From assembly GCA_948762645.1 (NCBI GenBank), contig CAQBRY010000004.1:1-43126 (forward strand): a stretch of DNA of 43,126 nt, given 5' to 3'. Both the position numbers and the translations under genes were made by a program. How positions within the stretch are numbered: position 1 is the stretch's first letter; each line of letters starts with the position of its first letter. The DNA comes from an uncultured Eubacteriales bacterium. Its GTDB lineage: Bacteria > Bacillota > Clostridia > Oscillospirales > Acutalibacteraceae. Below are positions 8,780 to 17,185 of the stretch, piece after piece. Under the pieces are notes generated by a model. That model was given only the letters and a program-made list of their open reading frames with translations. It did no database searches and was not told the DNA's origin.

Positions 8780-9127
8780 ATGCTTAAAATAATATGTTTA
8801 GGTATATGTATATTTCTTATGGTATTAGGGCTTATAGAAACAATAAAGTCTATAATAGTTAGTATCATGAGCCCAAAAGACTATATGGAAAATTCTACAA
8901 TCGTAATACCAATTAAAAAGCATAATGAAGAAGTAGAATTTTTACTTCGCAGTGCTATATGCAAAGTACTATGGGGAAGTCCCAAAAAAAATACTAGTAT
9001 AATTTGTCTCGATTGCGGTATGGATTACGAAACAAGAAAAATTTGTGAATTGATTTGCAAAGACTACGAATTTATAAAATTATACGATATAAATGATATA
9101 GATTCTAAAGCTATACTTGAAAATTAA
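8780..9127 (+). CDS. small membrane-anchored protein, unknown function
   Basis: 115 aa. SD GAGGTGA, N-terminal TM segment IICLGICIFLMVLGLI and a Cys-containing soluble domain. Confidence 0.45.
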   Translation: MLKIICLGICIFLMVLGLIETIKSIIVSIMSPKDYMENSTIVIPIKKHNEEVEFLLRSAICKVLWGSPKKNTSIICLDCGMDYETRKICELICKDYEFIKLYDINDIDSKAILEN

Positions 9128-9135
9128 AAGTATAA

Positions 9136-9870
9136 TTATATAACAAATCCGCCGTTTGGACTTATAACTTGACCTGTTATAAAGTTTGAATTTTCACTTG
9201 CTAAAAACAATATTATTTTAGCAATCTCAGATGGTTTACCCATTCTTCCCATAGGTGTTTGATACATCAACTCTTGCATGACATCATTTGGTATATTTTT
9301 ATTCATATCCGTATCTATAATCCCCGGGGCAACACAATTGACTTGTATATTAGAGGGCCCAAGTTCCTTAGCTAAGGCTTTCGTAAATCCTATAACTGCA
9401 GCCTTAGATGCTGAATAATGTACTTCACAGGAAGCGCCCGTCATTCCAAGAATGGACGAGACATTTATAATCTTACCTTCATGGTACTTAAGCATATCTT
9501 TTACAGCGAATTGGCTGCAATTAAATACGCCCTCCACATTAACCCTAAAAATCTCTCTCCACTCTTCTAAAGTAACATCCGTAAACAAAGTCTGATAATA
9601 TATTCCCGCATTATTCACAAGTACATCTATTTTTCCAAAGCTGTCAATTGTAAAGTTAACCAGATTTTCCGCTTGATTCCTATCTGATATATCGCTTTTA
9701 AATATTTTAATATTTTCATTAAACTTTTCTATTTCGTTTTTAAGTTTTAAAGCCTCGTTTGCAGAACTATGATAATTAGCTACAACATTATATCCATTAC
9801 GTGCAAATTCTATAGTCGCTGATCTTCCTATTCCTCTTGAACTTCCTGTAATTAAAACCGTTTTATTCAA
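9136..9870 (-). CDS. short-chain dehydrogenase/reductase, 3-oxoacyl-ACP reductase (FabG)-like
   Basis: TGSSRGIG Rossmann motif, NNAG, and the YSASK catalytic motif. TTG start. Confidence 0.8.
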   Translation of the reverse strand: MNKTVLITGSSRGIGRSATIEFARNGYNVVANYHSSANEALKLKNEIEKFNENIKIFKSDISDRNQAENLVNFTIDSFGKIDVLVNNAGIYYQTLFTDVTLEEWREIFRVNVEGVFNCSQFAVKDMLKYHEGKIINVSSILGMTGASCEVHYSASKAAVIGFTKALAKELGPSNIQVNCVAPGIIDTDMNKNIPNDVMQELMYQTPMGRMGKPSEIAKIILFLASENSNFITGQVISPNGGFVI

Positions 9871-9873
9871 CGT

Positions 9874-10380
9874 TTATTCATCCTTTTTCAAACAATCTAT
9901 TATTTCTCCTATAAACATTTTATGATAATCCTTTTTAGGATAATTTTTTTCTATTTCTTCTACTAAAAAATTTTGAGGGTTTATATTATCGGTATAAATT
10001 TTTTTGCAAACAAATACTAATTTACTTTGCTCAAAATAAGTATAGTCCTTTTCAAAAATTGGGACAAGCCCTGTCTCTTTTACCTTATCAACATCCCTGC
10101 CGGAAAACTTCCCACAATATTTTAATATATCTTTATCCTCACATCCCAAAAATGACAAGGTATAATAATCATTTTTTTCCATAAATTCAAAAGTATATCT
10201 TTGCGGTCTTATAAACGCAAAAGATACGTTTTTATTCCATAAAAATCCAAGTCCGCCCCAACTTACGGTCATAGTATTAAATTTTTCTTCATTTCCTGAA
10301 GTCACTAAAAGCCAATCCTTCGATATAGATTTAAACGGATTTAAATCCAGAGTATCAACACTTACACTGTTAAACAACAT
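9874..10380 (-). CDS. flavin reductase-like (FMN-binding split-barrel) family protein
   Basis: The pattern NTMTVSWGGLGFLWNKNVSFAFIRPQRYT is typical of the Flavin_Reduct family. Confidence 0.65.
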   Translation of the reverse strand: MLFNSVSVDTLDLNPFKSISKDWLLVTSGNEEKFNTMTVSWGGLGFLWNKNVSFAFIRPQRYTFEFMEKNDYYTLSFLGCEDKDILKYCGKFSGRDVDKVKETGLVPIFEKDYTYFEQSKLVFVCKKIYTDNINPQNFLVEEIEKNYPKKDYHKMFIGEIIDCLKKDE

Positions 10381-10450
10381 CTAACCACCGTCTTTCTAAT
10401 TATTACATATAATAATATGATCATACTTTAAATTTAAATTCAAGATTTTT

Positions 10451-11083
10451 TTAAAAACACATATCCTCTCTAAAAACCATATACATCATCAAATAGCAAC
10501 TTAAAATTAAAAGTGAAAAATTATACTTTGAATCTAAAAGAATAATAAATCCTAAAATTGATATTGGTACTAAAAATAAAATCGATATTATCTGAGAAAT
10601 CAAAACTGTATTTTTTATATCAAATTTTTTATTAAGTGCTAAAAGCAAAATTTGTCCACCGTCCAGTACGGATATTGGGAGTAAATTTAAAATTCCGATA
10701 CAAATATTTATATAAGAAAAAATTATAAAAAAATCATCTTTAAAAATTAAATATAAACCTAAAAATAAAATAGAAATTAAAAAATTTGTCAAAGACCCCC
10801 CGATAAGAACCAAAATATTCTCTCGCATAGACAAAGTTCTTCTGGATTTATCAACAATATCAACATTAAAAAAACCTATATTTATTTTACATATACTTGA
10901 TCTATCTATAATTATCATCATAATTATGTGACCAAGCTCATGTATAAAACTTGATAAAATGCTCATACTTAAACTCAAGGAATTTCCCAATACGGCAATC
11001 ATAGAAAGAAAAGCTATAAAATAAAAATTTACGTATATTTTTATATTTAATAATTTAAATTCTATATTCAAGCATCTCCACAA
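10451..11083 (-). CDS. M50 site-2 protease family membrane metalloprotease (SpoIVFB-like)
   Basis: HELGH zinc motif within a TM helix plus the second motif NLLPISVLDGG, and multiple TM segments. The start is uncertain (TTG at 11083 overlaps the nfnB stop). Confidence 0.7.
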   Translation of the reverse strand: MWRCLNIEFKLLNIKIYVNFYFIAFLSMIAVLGNSLSLSMSILSSFIHELGHIIMMIIIDRSSICKINIGFFNVDIVDKSRRTLSMRENILVLIGGSLTNFLISILFLGLYLIFKDDFFIIFSYINICIGILNLLPISVLDGGQILLLALNKKFDIKNTVLISQIISILFLVPISILGFIILLDSKYNFSLLILSCYLMMYMVFREDMCF

Positions 11084-12408
11084 ACTATTAAATCATTATA
11101 AATCTGCTGAGCAGCTTTCTTCCCTGCACTCATGGCCAAAATAACCGTAGCTGCGCCCGTTACAATATCTCCTCCGGCATAAACGTATTTTTTAGACGTT
11201 CTAAAGTCATTTTCCGAATTATTTACGATAATACGTCCTGAAAAGTCGCACTTAATTTCATCAGTAGTACTTTTTATTATTGTATTTGGCATATTCCCAA
11301 TTGCAACTATTATAAAATCACATTTTAAAAGATTACCCAAGTTAGAAATAGGAATCGAATTATCAACGTATTCAATGCCCTCGACTTTTTTATCCCCAAC
11401 TATTTTAGTGGGTTTGCCGGAAAACACAAAATTTATTCCTTCGCTTTTAGCATGTAAAACTTCTTCTTTTCTTGCCGGCATATCTTCTTCTTTTCTTCTG
11501 TATAGAACAGTAACATTACTATTTTTTAATCGCTTTGCACACCTTGCGACATCCATAGCTACGTTACCTCCACCGATAACTACTATGTCTTTTGCTTTAG
11601 GCATAGGAGTATCATAGCCGTCAATATTTGCATACATAAGATTTATTCTTGTCAAAAACTCATTAGCACAGCAAACTCCCGGAAGTTTTTCCCCAGGTAT
11701 ACCCATAAATTTTGGAAGTCCGGCCCCACAAGCTATATATACTGCTCTATATCCACTTTCAAACAAATCGTCAATAGACAGCGTCTTACCTATAACAATG
11801 TTAGTAACTATATTCACACCTAATCTTCTTATTTTTTCTATCTCGCCTTCAAGTATTTTTTGAGGCAACCTAAATTTAGGTATGCCATAAGTTAAAACTC
11901 CCCCTATTTTATGAAGTGCCTCATATATTGTAACTTCAAAACCCAATTTTAAAAGTTCTCCGGCACAAACGAGACCCGAAGGTCCTGATCCAACCACCGC
12001 GACTTTCATACCAAGAGACTTAACTTTTCCATTTTCTTTACATATTTCTTCGTTATGATTATCAGCAACATATCTTTCAAGTTTACCAATTGAAACGGGT
12101 CTTCCTTTTTTTCCTCTTACACACCTCATCTGGCACTGTTTTTTTTGAGGACAAACCCTACCGCAAATGGCCGGTAATAAATTATATTTCGTAATAATTC
12201 TATAAGAAGAGGGTATATCATCATTTAAAATTTCTTTTATAAATTCAGGAATTTCAATTTTCACAGGACATCCTGATACGCAAGGTTTATGTTTACAGCT
12301 TAAACATCTTTTAGATTCGTTTATTGCTTCCTGTTTAGTAAAACCTTTTTCAACTTCATCAAAATTTAAATCTATATTTTTACTATTATTTCCTAATATC
12401 TTTCTCAC
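11068..12408 (-). CDS. nfnB: NADH-dependent reduced ferredoxin:NADP+ oxidoreductase subunit B / glutamate synthase small-subunit-like
   Basis: N-terminal Fe-S Cys clusters (RCLSCKHKPCVSGCPV, CGRVCPQKKQCQ), the GSGPSG dinucleotide motif, and pairing with an NfnA-type gene. GTG start and TGA stop. Confidence 0.8.
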   Translation of the reverse strand: MRKILGNNSKNIDLNFDEVEKGFTKQEAINESKRCLSCKHKPCVSGCPVKIEIPEFIKEILNDDIPSSYRIITKYNLLPAICGRVCPQKKQCQMRCVRGKKGRPVSIGKLERYVADNHNEEICKENGKVKSLGMKVAVVGSGPSGLVCAGELLKLGFEVTIYEALHKIGGVLTYGIPKFRLPQKILEGEIEKIRRLGVNIVTNIVIGKTLSIDDLFESGYRAVYIACGAGLPKFMGIPGEKLPGVCCANEFLTRINLMYANIDGYDTPMPKAKDIVVIGGGNVAMDVARCAKRLKNSNVTVLYRRKEEDMPARKEEVLHAKSEGINFVFSGKPTKIVGDKKVEGIEYVDNSIPISNLGNLLKCDFIIVAIGNMPNTIIKSTTDEIKCDFSGRIIVNNSENDFRTSKKYVYAGGDIVTGAATVILAMSAGKKAAQQIYNDLIVCGDA

Positions 12409-13237
12409 CTCTTTTTAGTAAATTACATAATTTATCCATAGATTTTTTCTCTTCTAAACGATACATGGCATTTCTTTTAGATACCTCGTCAAAATCAACT
12501 GCATGGCCGTCAAATTCAGGGCCATCTATACATGCAAATTTTTCTTCTCCCCCTACTGTTAGTCTACATCCTCCACACATTCCCGTACCGTCAATCATAA
12601 TAGGGTTCATGCTTACTATTGTTTTTTTACCAAATTTTTTTGTAATCTCACAAACCGCTTTCATCATAGGTATAGGTCCGACGGCTATTACCAGATGGAC
12701 ATTATTGTTATGTAAATACTCAGTTAAAGCGTCTGTAACCAAACCCTTGTTTCCATTTGAACCATCGTCTGTAACTATACATAAATTTTCATCTATTTCC
12801 CGCATCTCTTTTTCTAAAATTATAAGATCTTTATTTCTAAATCCGGCAATTATACTTACAGTACAATTATTTTTCAAATACTCTTTAGCTTGAAAATAAA
12901 CAATAGCGCTTCCTACTCCTCCACAAACAATTACAATATTTTCGTTTTTATTAATTTGTGAAGGTACTCCTAAAGGTCCGACTATATTTTTTATAAAGTC
13001 CCCTTCATTTTTAAGATCAAGTTTTATAGTCGAAGCACCTATTTTCTGGTATATAAAACTTATACATCCATTTAATTTATCTGCATCAAATATAGTCAGG
13101 GGTATTCTTTCAGCATATTCATCGCTCATTATTATTATAAATTGTCCGGCTTTTGCGGATTTTGAAATTAAAGGCGCGAATACAGTCATTTTACAAACAT
13201 CTTTATTAAGAACATCTTTTTTTAATATTTCAAACAT
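12386..13237 (-). CDS. nfnA: NfnA-type sulfide/dihydroorotate dehydrogenase-like FAD/NAD-binding subunit
   Basis: 283 aa with a ferredoxin-reductase-type fold and a C-terminal 2Fe-2S motif (GTGMCGGCRLTVGGEEKFACIDGPEF). Confidence 0.8.
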   Translation of the reverse strand: MFEILKKDVLNKDVCKMTVFAPLISKSAKAGQFIIIMSDEYAERIPLTIFDADKLNGCISFIYQKIGASTIKLDLKNEGDFIKNIVGPLGVPSQINKNENIVIVCGGVGSAIVYFQAKEYLKNNCTVSIIAGFRNKDLIILEKEMREIDENLCIVTDDGSNGNKGLVTDALTEYLHNNNVHLVIAVGPIPMMKAVCEITKKFGKKTIVSMNPIMIDGTGMCGGCRLTVGGEEKFACIDGPEFDGHAVDFDEVSKRNAMYRLEEKKSMDKLCNLLKRGEKDIRK

Positions 13238-13261
13238 ATAATTTTCCTCTTTAAAATAAAA

Positions 13262-13924
13262 TTATATACTTTCTTTTCCAAATAATAAACTAAACAGCCA
13301 ATCTCTAAATATTTCAAAAACTTCAACAACTTTGAACTTAATTTTATATTTTTCTCCACCCTCAACTATATCCACCTGACGGGGAGTAAGTACTTCATCA
13401 ACTTGCTGCTCTTGCGTTTTTTCAGCTGCCGGTAAACACAAAGGAGGGAACATCACGCACCACCAATTTTTACCCTTTCCTTCCCCAATAACTATCCTTA
13501 AGGCATCATACCTTCCAGCCGGTAGAGTTATTTTATCATAATTCCTTATACCAAAATAGGTATTTGTAAGATAAGTATTAACGCTATATTTAAATCCATT
13601 TTTCAAAATCTCATCTCTTGCAATACTATTTATACCGTCTATGTTTTCTTGTATCAATTTTCTTGCAATATCTATATTATTAGTATCTTGGTCAAAATAT
13701 TCACTGCAATCTTTTAGGATTCTGTCTCTTACCTTTAATTTGAGCTCCTGGTCTTCTTTTAAATCTGAGTTAGCTATAATATGTAGCCTTAAAACCTTGT
13801 CCTTTATACTATCACATTGACCGGAAAAGCCCATAAAAGAAAAAAGTACAGACAATATAAATCCACAAAACAAAGATTTTTCAAATATACTAAATTTAAA
13901 ATCAGATATATAAATACTTTTCAT
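13262..13924 (-). CDS. spoIIR: stage II sporulation protein R
   Basis: VLRLHIIANSD signature and a signal-anchor N-terminus. The track ORF starts at TTG 13939; the ATG at 13924 has GGGGAG 7 nt upstream. Confidence 0.8.
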   Translation of the reverse strand: MKSIYISDFKFSIFEKSLFCGFILSVLFSFMGFSGQCDSIKDKVLRLHIIANSDLKEDQELKLKVRDRILKDCSEYFDQDTNNIDIARKLIQENIDGINSIARDEILKNGFKYSVNTYLTNTYFGIRNYDKITLPAGRYDALRIVIGEGKGKNWWCVMFPPLCLPAAEKTQEQQVDEVLTPRQVDIVEGGEKYKIKFKVVEVFEIFRDWLFSLLFGKESI

Positions 13925-13929
13925 TTCAA

Positions 13930-13971
13930 AACTCCCCAAAACTATTTTTCGTCTCTAAACAGATTTTGGGG
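13930..13971 (-). terminator. hairpin between ispE and spoIIR (possible ispE terminator overlapping the spoIIR SD)
   Basis: CCCCAAAA (13971-13964) pairs with TTTTGGGG (13941-13934), with a 22-nt loop, followed by AGTTTTGAA ATG. Confidence 0.35.
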
Positions 13972-14006
13972 TAAGTTTCACTTTTTTATTCAAATATTTT
14001 TTATTT

Positions 14007-14894
14007 TTATAATATTTTTACTCCATAATCTAAAGGTCTGCATAAAAATGTTTCTTTATATTCCGCCTTTATACTTTCAAAACACCTTTTCGCTACAATT
14101 TCATCATCAAAAATTCCATAAACAGACGGTCCGCTTCCGCTCATACAAGCATTTAACGCTCCCATATTTACCAAAAAATCTTTTATATAATTTATTTCCT
14201 TTCTTTGTACACCAGACAAACTCTTTTCTAAATCATTAAATAAATTTTCGGCAATAAGTTTAGCGTCATTTCTTTCTATACCAACTAAAATATTATCTAT
14301 CTTGTCATTTTTTTCCGAGCCATGACAAAGATCAATCTTATCATAAGCATCCTTTGTGGAAATACTAATCTTCGGCTTTACTATCAAAACAATATATTTA
14401 GTGCAACTATTAATCCTTTCTAAATCAGTACCTGTACCTATGGCCCTCATGGTACCGCCTCTAATGCAAAATGGTACGTCAGCTCCAAGGTCCTTGCCTA
14501 TGCCGGTTAGCTCATCAATACTTAAATCAGTATTCAACATATTATCCAGGCCAACCAGTACTGCCGCCGCATTACCACTTCCACCGGCTAGTCCTGCACA
14601 AACAGGTATATTTTTTTCTATATTTACGTCTATAAAAATATCTTGCATATTTACGTATTCTAAAAATTTTTTAGCAGCCTTACAGGCTATATTGTCTTCC
14701 TCCTTACAATCTAATTCTTTATTACAAAAAACTCTTATTCCCAGACGCTGATTTTTTTTCAAAGTAATAAAATCACATAAATCCAAAGTTTGCATGATCA
14801 TATCCACATTATGGTAACCATCATGTCTCTTGCTTAAAACCCCTAAACCTAAATTTATTTTCGCACCAGACTTTAGTTTAACAACTTCTTTCAT
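14007..14894 (-). CDS. ispE: 4-diphosphocytidyl-2-C-methyl-D-erythritol kinase
   Basis: KINLGLGVLSKRHDGYHNVDMIMQTLDL and the GHMP kinase motif PVCAGLAGGSGNAAA. Confidence 0.9.
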   Translation of the reverse strand: MKEVVKLKSGAKINLGLGVLSKRHDGYHNVDMIMQTLDLCDFITLKKNQRLGIRVFCNKELDCKEEDNIACKAAKKFLEYVNMQDIFIDVNIEKNIPVCAGLAGGSGNAAAVLVGLDNMLNTDLSIDELTGIGKDLGADVPFCIRGGTMRAIGTGTDLERINSCTKYIVLIVKPKISISTKDAYDKIDLCHGSEKNDKIDNILVGIERNDAKLIAENLFNDLEKSLSGVQRKEINYIKDFLVNMGALNACMSGSGPSVYGIFDDEIVAKRCFESIKAEYKETFLCRPLDYGVKIL

Positions 14895-14991
14895 CGACTC
14901 AATCCTTAAATAAAATATTATTTTTATTATAATAAAAATCCTGTCCTCATAATAGATAAAGATATATTTTTGACAAACATCAAAAAAACTA

Positions 14992-15020
14992 TTGATTATA
15001 AATTTAATATTAGTTATAAT
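14992..15020 (+). promoter_or_regulatory. putative sigma-A promoter (TTGATT-17-TATAAT)
   Basis: Consensus-like hexamers 34 nt upstream of the 15054 start. Confidence 0.45.
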
Positions 15021-15053
15021 TCAAACGATATTCAAGGTGAAGGTGTTTAAAAA

Positions 15054-15254
15054 ATGAATAAAATAGCTGAAGAGGCTCTTACCAAAATCTATAATGATCC
15101 AGAGCTTAGAGAAAAATTTATATGTCAAAATACTTTAGAGTCAATGTACGGATACTGCAGTTCAATATTAGGAGGATATACTAAAGAAGAATTCCGTAAA
15201 TTTATAAGTGAAATGTATGAATACGCCACTCAAAAGCATTCCAACCAAATATAA
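15054..15254 (+). CDS. stand-alone Nif11-like leader-type domain protein (66 aa)
   Basis: KIYNDPELREKFICQNTLESMYGYCSSILGGYTKEEFRKFI fits the Nif11-type helical pattern (f..l..D.eL.ekl......e......a...Gy.ft.EEf). It is about 45-50% identical to the N-terminus of the 15522 ORF and has its own promoter and terminator. Confidence 0.5.
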   Translation: MNKIAEEALTKIYNDPELREKFICQNTLESMYGYCSSILGGYTKEEFRKFISEMYEYATQKHSNQI

Positions 15255-15277
15255 CTATACTAAATAAAATTTTTAAA

Positions 15278-15308
15278 AGTAGTCATTTAATTAAATGGCT
15301 ACTTTTTT
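15278..15308 (+). terminator. rho-independent terminator
   Basis: AGTAGTCATTT-AATT-AAATGGCTACT hairpin followed by TTTTT. Confidence 0.65.
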
Positions 15309-15460
15309 AGTATAAAATTATAAATAAAATTTTATCTTACTTTATAAATTTTACAATTTTAATTTAATAATATTTACGATGATTAACTTTGCCTTAAAAC
15401 ATATATTTGATATTATGCATAAATTTCGATAATAATAATATGAAATTACTATATTTAATA

Positions 15461-15489
15461 TTGCAAATGCCAAAAAAATTTGTTATAAT
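15461..15489 (+). promoter_or_regulatory. putative sigma-A promoter (TTGCAA-17-TATAAT)
   Basis: Consensus-like hexamers 33 nt upstream of the 15522 start. Confidence 0.5.
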
Positions 15490-15521
15490 ATGAGAAATTT
15501 TTATGAAAGGATGTTAACGCT

Positions 15522-16499
15522 ATGGATAAAGTTGAAAAAGTATTTACCTTGATTTATAATGATTCTAAATTAAAAGAGGAGTTGATAAAAAAGCAAACTA
15601 TAGATGAAATGTATGAATATTGTACATCAATCTCCAGTGGATATACCAAAGAAGAATTTAACAATTTTGTAAATAAAATGTGTCAATATGTCAAAGATGA
15701 ATTAATAGCTAATAACTTATCTATCTCAGACGACGATATAAAGAAAGTATCAGGAGGAGCACAGTTGAAAAATAAAGCTATATCTAGCTTATTAGCGGCC
15801 ATGACTATTTCTACGCCCTTAGTAGGAGCAGCAAGCAATGATCAAAAAAATACTGGTGTGCCTGTGGAAAATAAAGTAAGTATTACACAAAAAATTAAAA
15901 ATTTTGTGTCCAAAAATCCCATAAAAGCCGGAACAACTGCTGTAGGGATTTCCACCATGGTAATATTAGGTGTAACGTTGCATAAAAAGAACAAACAAGA
16001 AAAGAAAGCTACAGAAGAAAAAAGAAAAGCAGAAGAAAGAAGAAAAGCAGAAGAAAGAAGAAAAGCAGAAGAAGAAAGAAGCGCTCAAGAAGAAGCTGAT
16101 AGACAAAATCGCCTTGAACTATATAAAAGTATTGATAGTGCAATAAGTAATTTAGAAAATGAAATAACTGCTCAACAAGAGCTATTAGCTCCTGCACTCA
16201 TTAAATTGCAAAATCCAGAAGAAGTTACAGATGAAAATATTTCAGCGGCTAAAAAGGCTTTAGACATATTCAGCACATTTATCACAACCTCTAACACGCG
16301 TATGAACGATATTAGAAAATTTATAGGAAAAATGTCATCTGGTAAAGATAAGGATACTTTACAAAACAAGTATGATGCGTTGCATAAACGAATCCTTAAC
16401 GTCTGGTTAGAATTTGATCAGATGAAAAAAGTTGTTAATGAAAAGAATACGGAAAAAATAAAAAATTTTAAAAATATTTTAGGTCGTCCCAAAATATAA
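15522..16499 (+). CDS. Nif11-like leader-type domain with VSGG motif fused to a 2-TM, coiled-coil protein
   Basis: 325 aa. Residues 1-79 form a Nif11-like domain ending in LSISDDDIKKVSGG. Two hydrophobic segments follow (AISSLLAAMTISTPLVGAA; AGTTAVGISTMVILGVTL), then a KAEERR repeat and an about 150-aa helical C-terminus. Confidence 0.6.
   Translation: MDKVEKVFTLIYNDSKLKEELIKKQTIDEMYEYCTSISSGYTKEEFNNFVNKMCQYVKDELIANNLSISDDDIKKVSGGAQLKNKAISSLLAAMTISTPLVGAASNDQKNTGVPVENKVSITQKIKNFVSKNPIKAGTTAVGISTMVILGVTLHKKNKQEKKATEEKRKAEERRKAEERRKAEEERSAQEEADRQNRLELYKSIDSAISNLENEITAQQELLAPALIKLQNPEEVTDENISAAKKALDIFSTFITTSNTRMNDIRKFIGKMSSGKDKDTLQNKYDALHKRILNVWLEFDQMKKVVNEKNTEKIKNFKNILGRPKI
16014..16079 (+). 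repeat. 18-bp in-frame tandem repeat, about 3.7 copies (GAAGAAAGAAGAAAAGCA = EERRKA)
   Basis: Copies at 16014-16031 (1 mismatch), 16032-16049 and 16050-16067 (both perfect), plus a partial copy at 16068-16079. Confidence 0.95.
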
Positions 16500-16504
16500 T
16501 AAAA

Positions 16505-17185
16505 CTAAGAAAAAGGTTTCATATTAAAATTATATAAGTTAGTCCTAATAACATCTGAATGAATATCAATATTCAGATGTTTTTTTATTGTATCCAGAAC
16601 TAAAAATGGATTTACATTAAAATTATTCCCGACCGGTAAAATTAAACTTAGCGTTATAAAGTCGTCTACACATTTAATGTCTTGATAGTAAATGTAATCC
16701 TTTAAATTAAAAATAATGTTTTTAGTTTTTGTTTTTTTGCATACCTCTATATTTTCCATCTGGAAAATAAATTTGAGTACCTTTAATATAAAAACACTTG
16801 ATATAAATCTAAACTTAATAAGTGCAAAAGTAATATCTGAGGTTTCCATAATTGGAATTCCTACGTCTATAACTCGAATACCGTTTGGTAAAAATTCGTT
16901 TAGTTTATTTTTTACGTACTTTAAATCTATACTTTCGTCTATTAATTTAATATCAAAAAATTCGTTCATCCCTGAAACCCCCAAAGGGAGAGACAAAGCA
17001 AACTCTATAAAGGGGTGAGAGTTAAATCCTTCGGTATACCATACGGGAAGTTTAGATTTAAATATAGACCTAGATATACATCTATTAAGATCTAAATGAG
17101 AAATATATTTAGAAAATCCGGATTTTTCAAATCTTACTCTTACTTTTTTCAAAGCATACACCTCCACCGAAACAAGATGCCCCAC
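16505..17185 (-). CDS. TIGR03936 (DUF2344) radical SAM-associated protein
   Basis: VRVRFEKSGFSKYISHLDL is the typical N-terminus, and the gene lies directly downstream of the TIGR03960 radical SAM gene. The track start (GTG 17185) overlaps the upstream gene by 59 nt; the true start is probably further in (for example TTG at 17152). Confidence 0.75.
   Translation of the reverse strand: MGHLVSVEVYALKKVRVRFEKSGFSKYISHLDLNRCISRSIFKSKLPVWYTEGFNSHPFIEFALSLPLGVSGMNEFFDIKLIDESIDLKYVKNKLNEFLPNGIRVIDVGIPIMETSDITFALIKFRFISSVFILKVLKFIFQMENIEVCKKTKTKNIIFNLKDYIYYQDIKCVDDFITLSLILPVGNNFNVNPFLVLDTIKKHLNIDIHSDVIRTNLYNFNMKPFS

Noticed and set aside
16009-16197. Minus-strand ORF with a striking LLLFFF repeat
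   Set aside because: It is simply the reverse complement of the in-frame GAAGAAAGAAGAAAAGCA repeat of the plus-strand gene.
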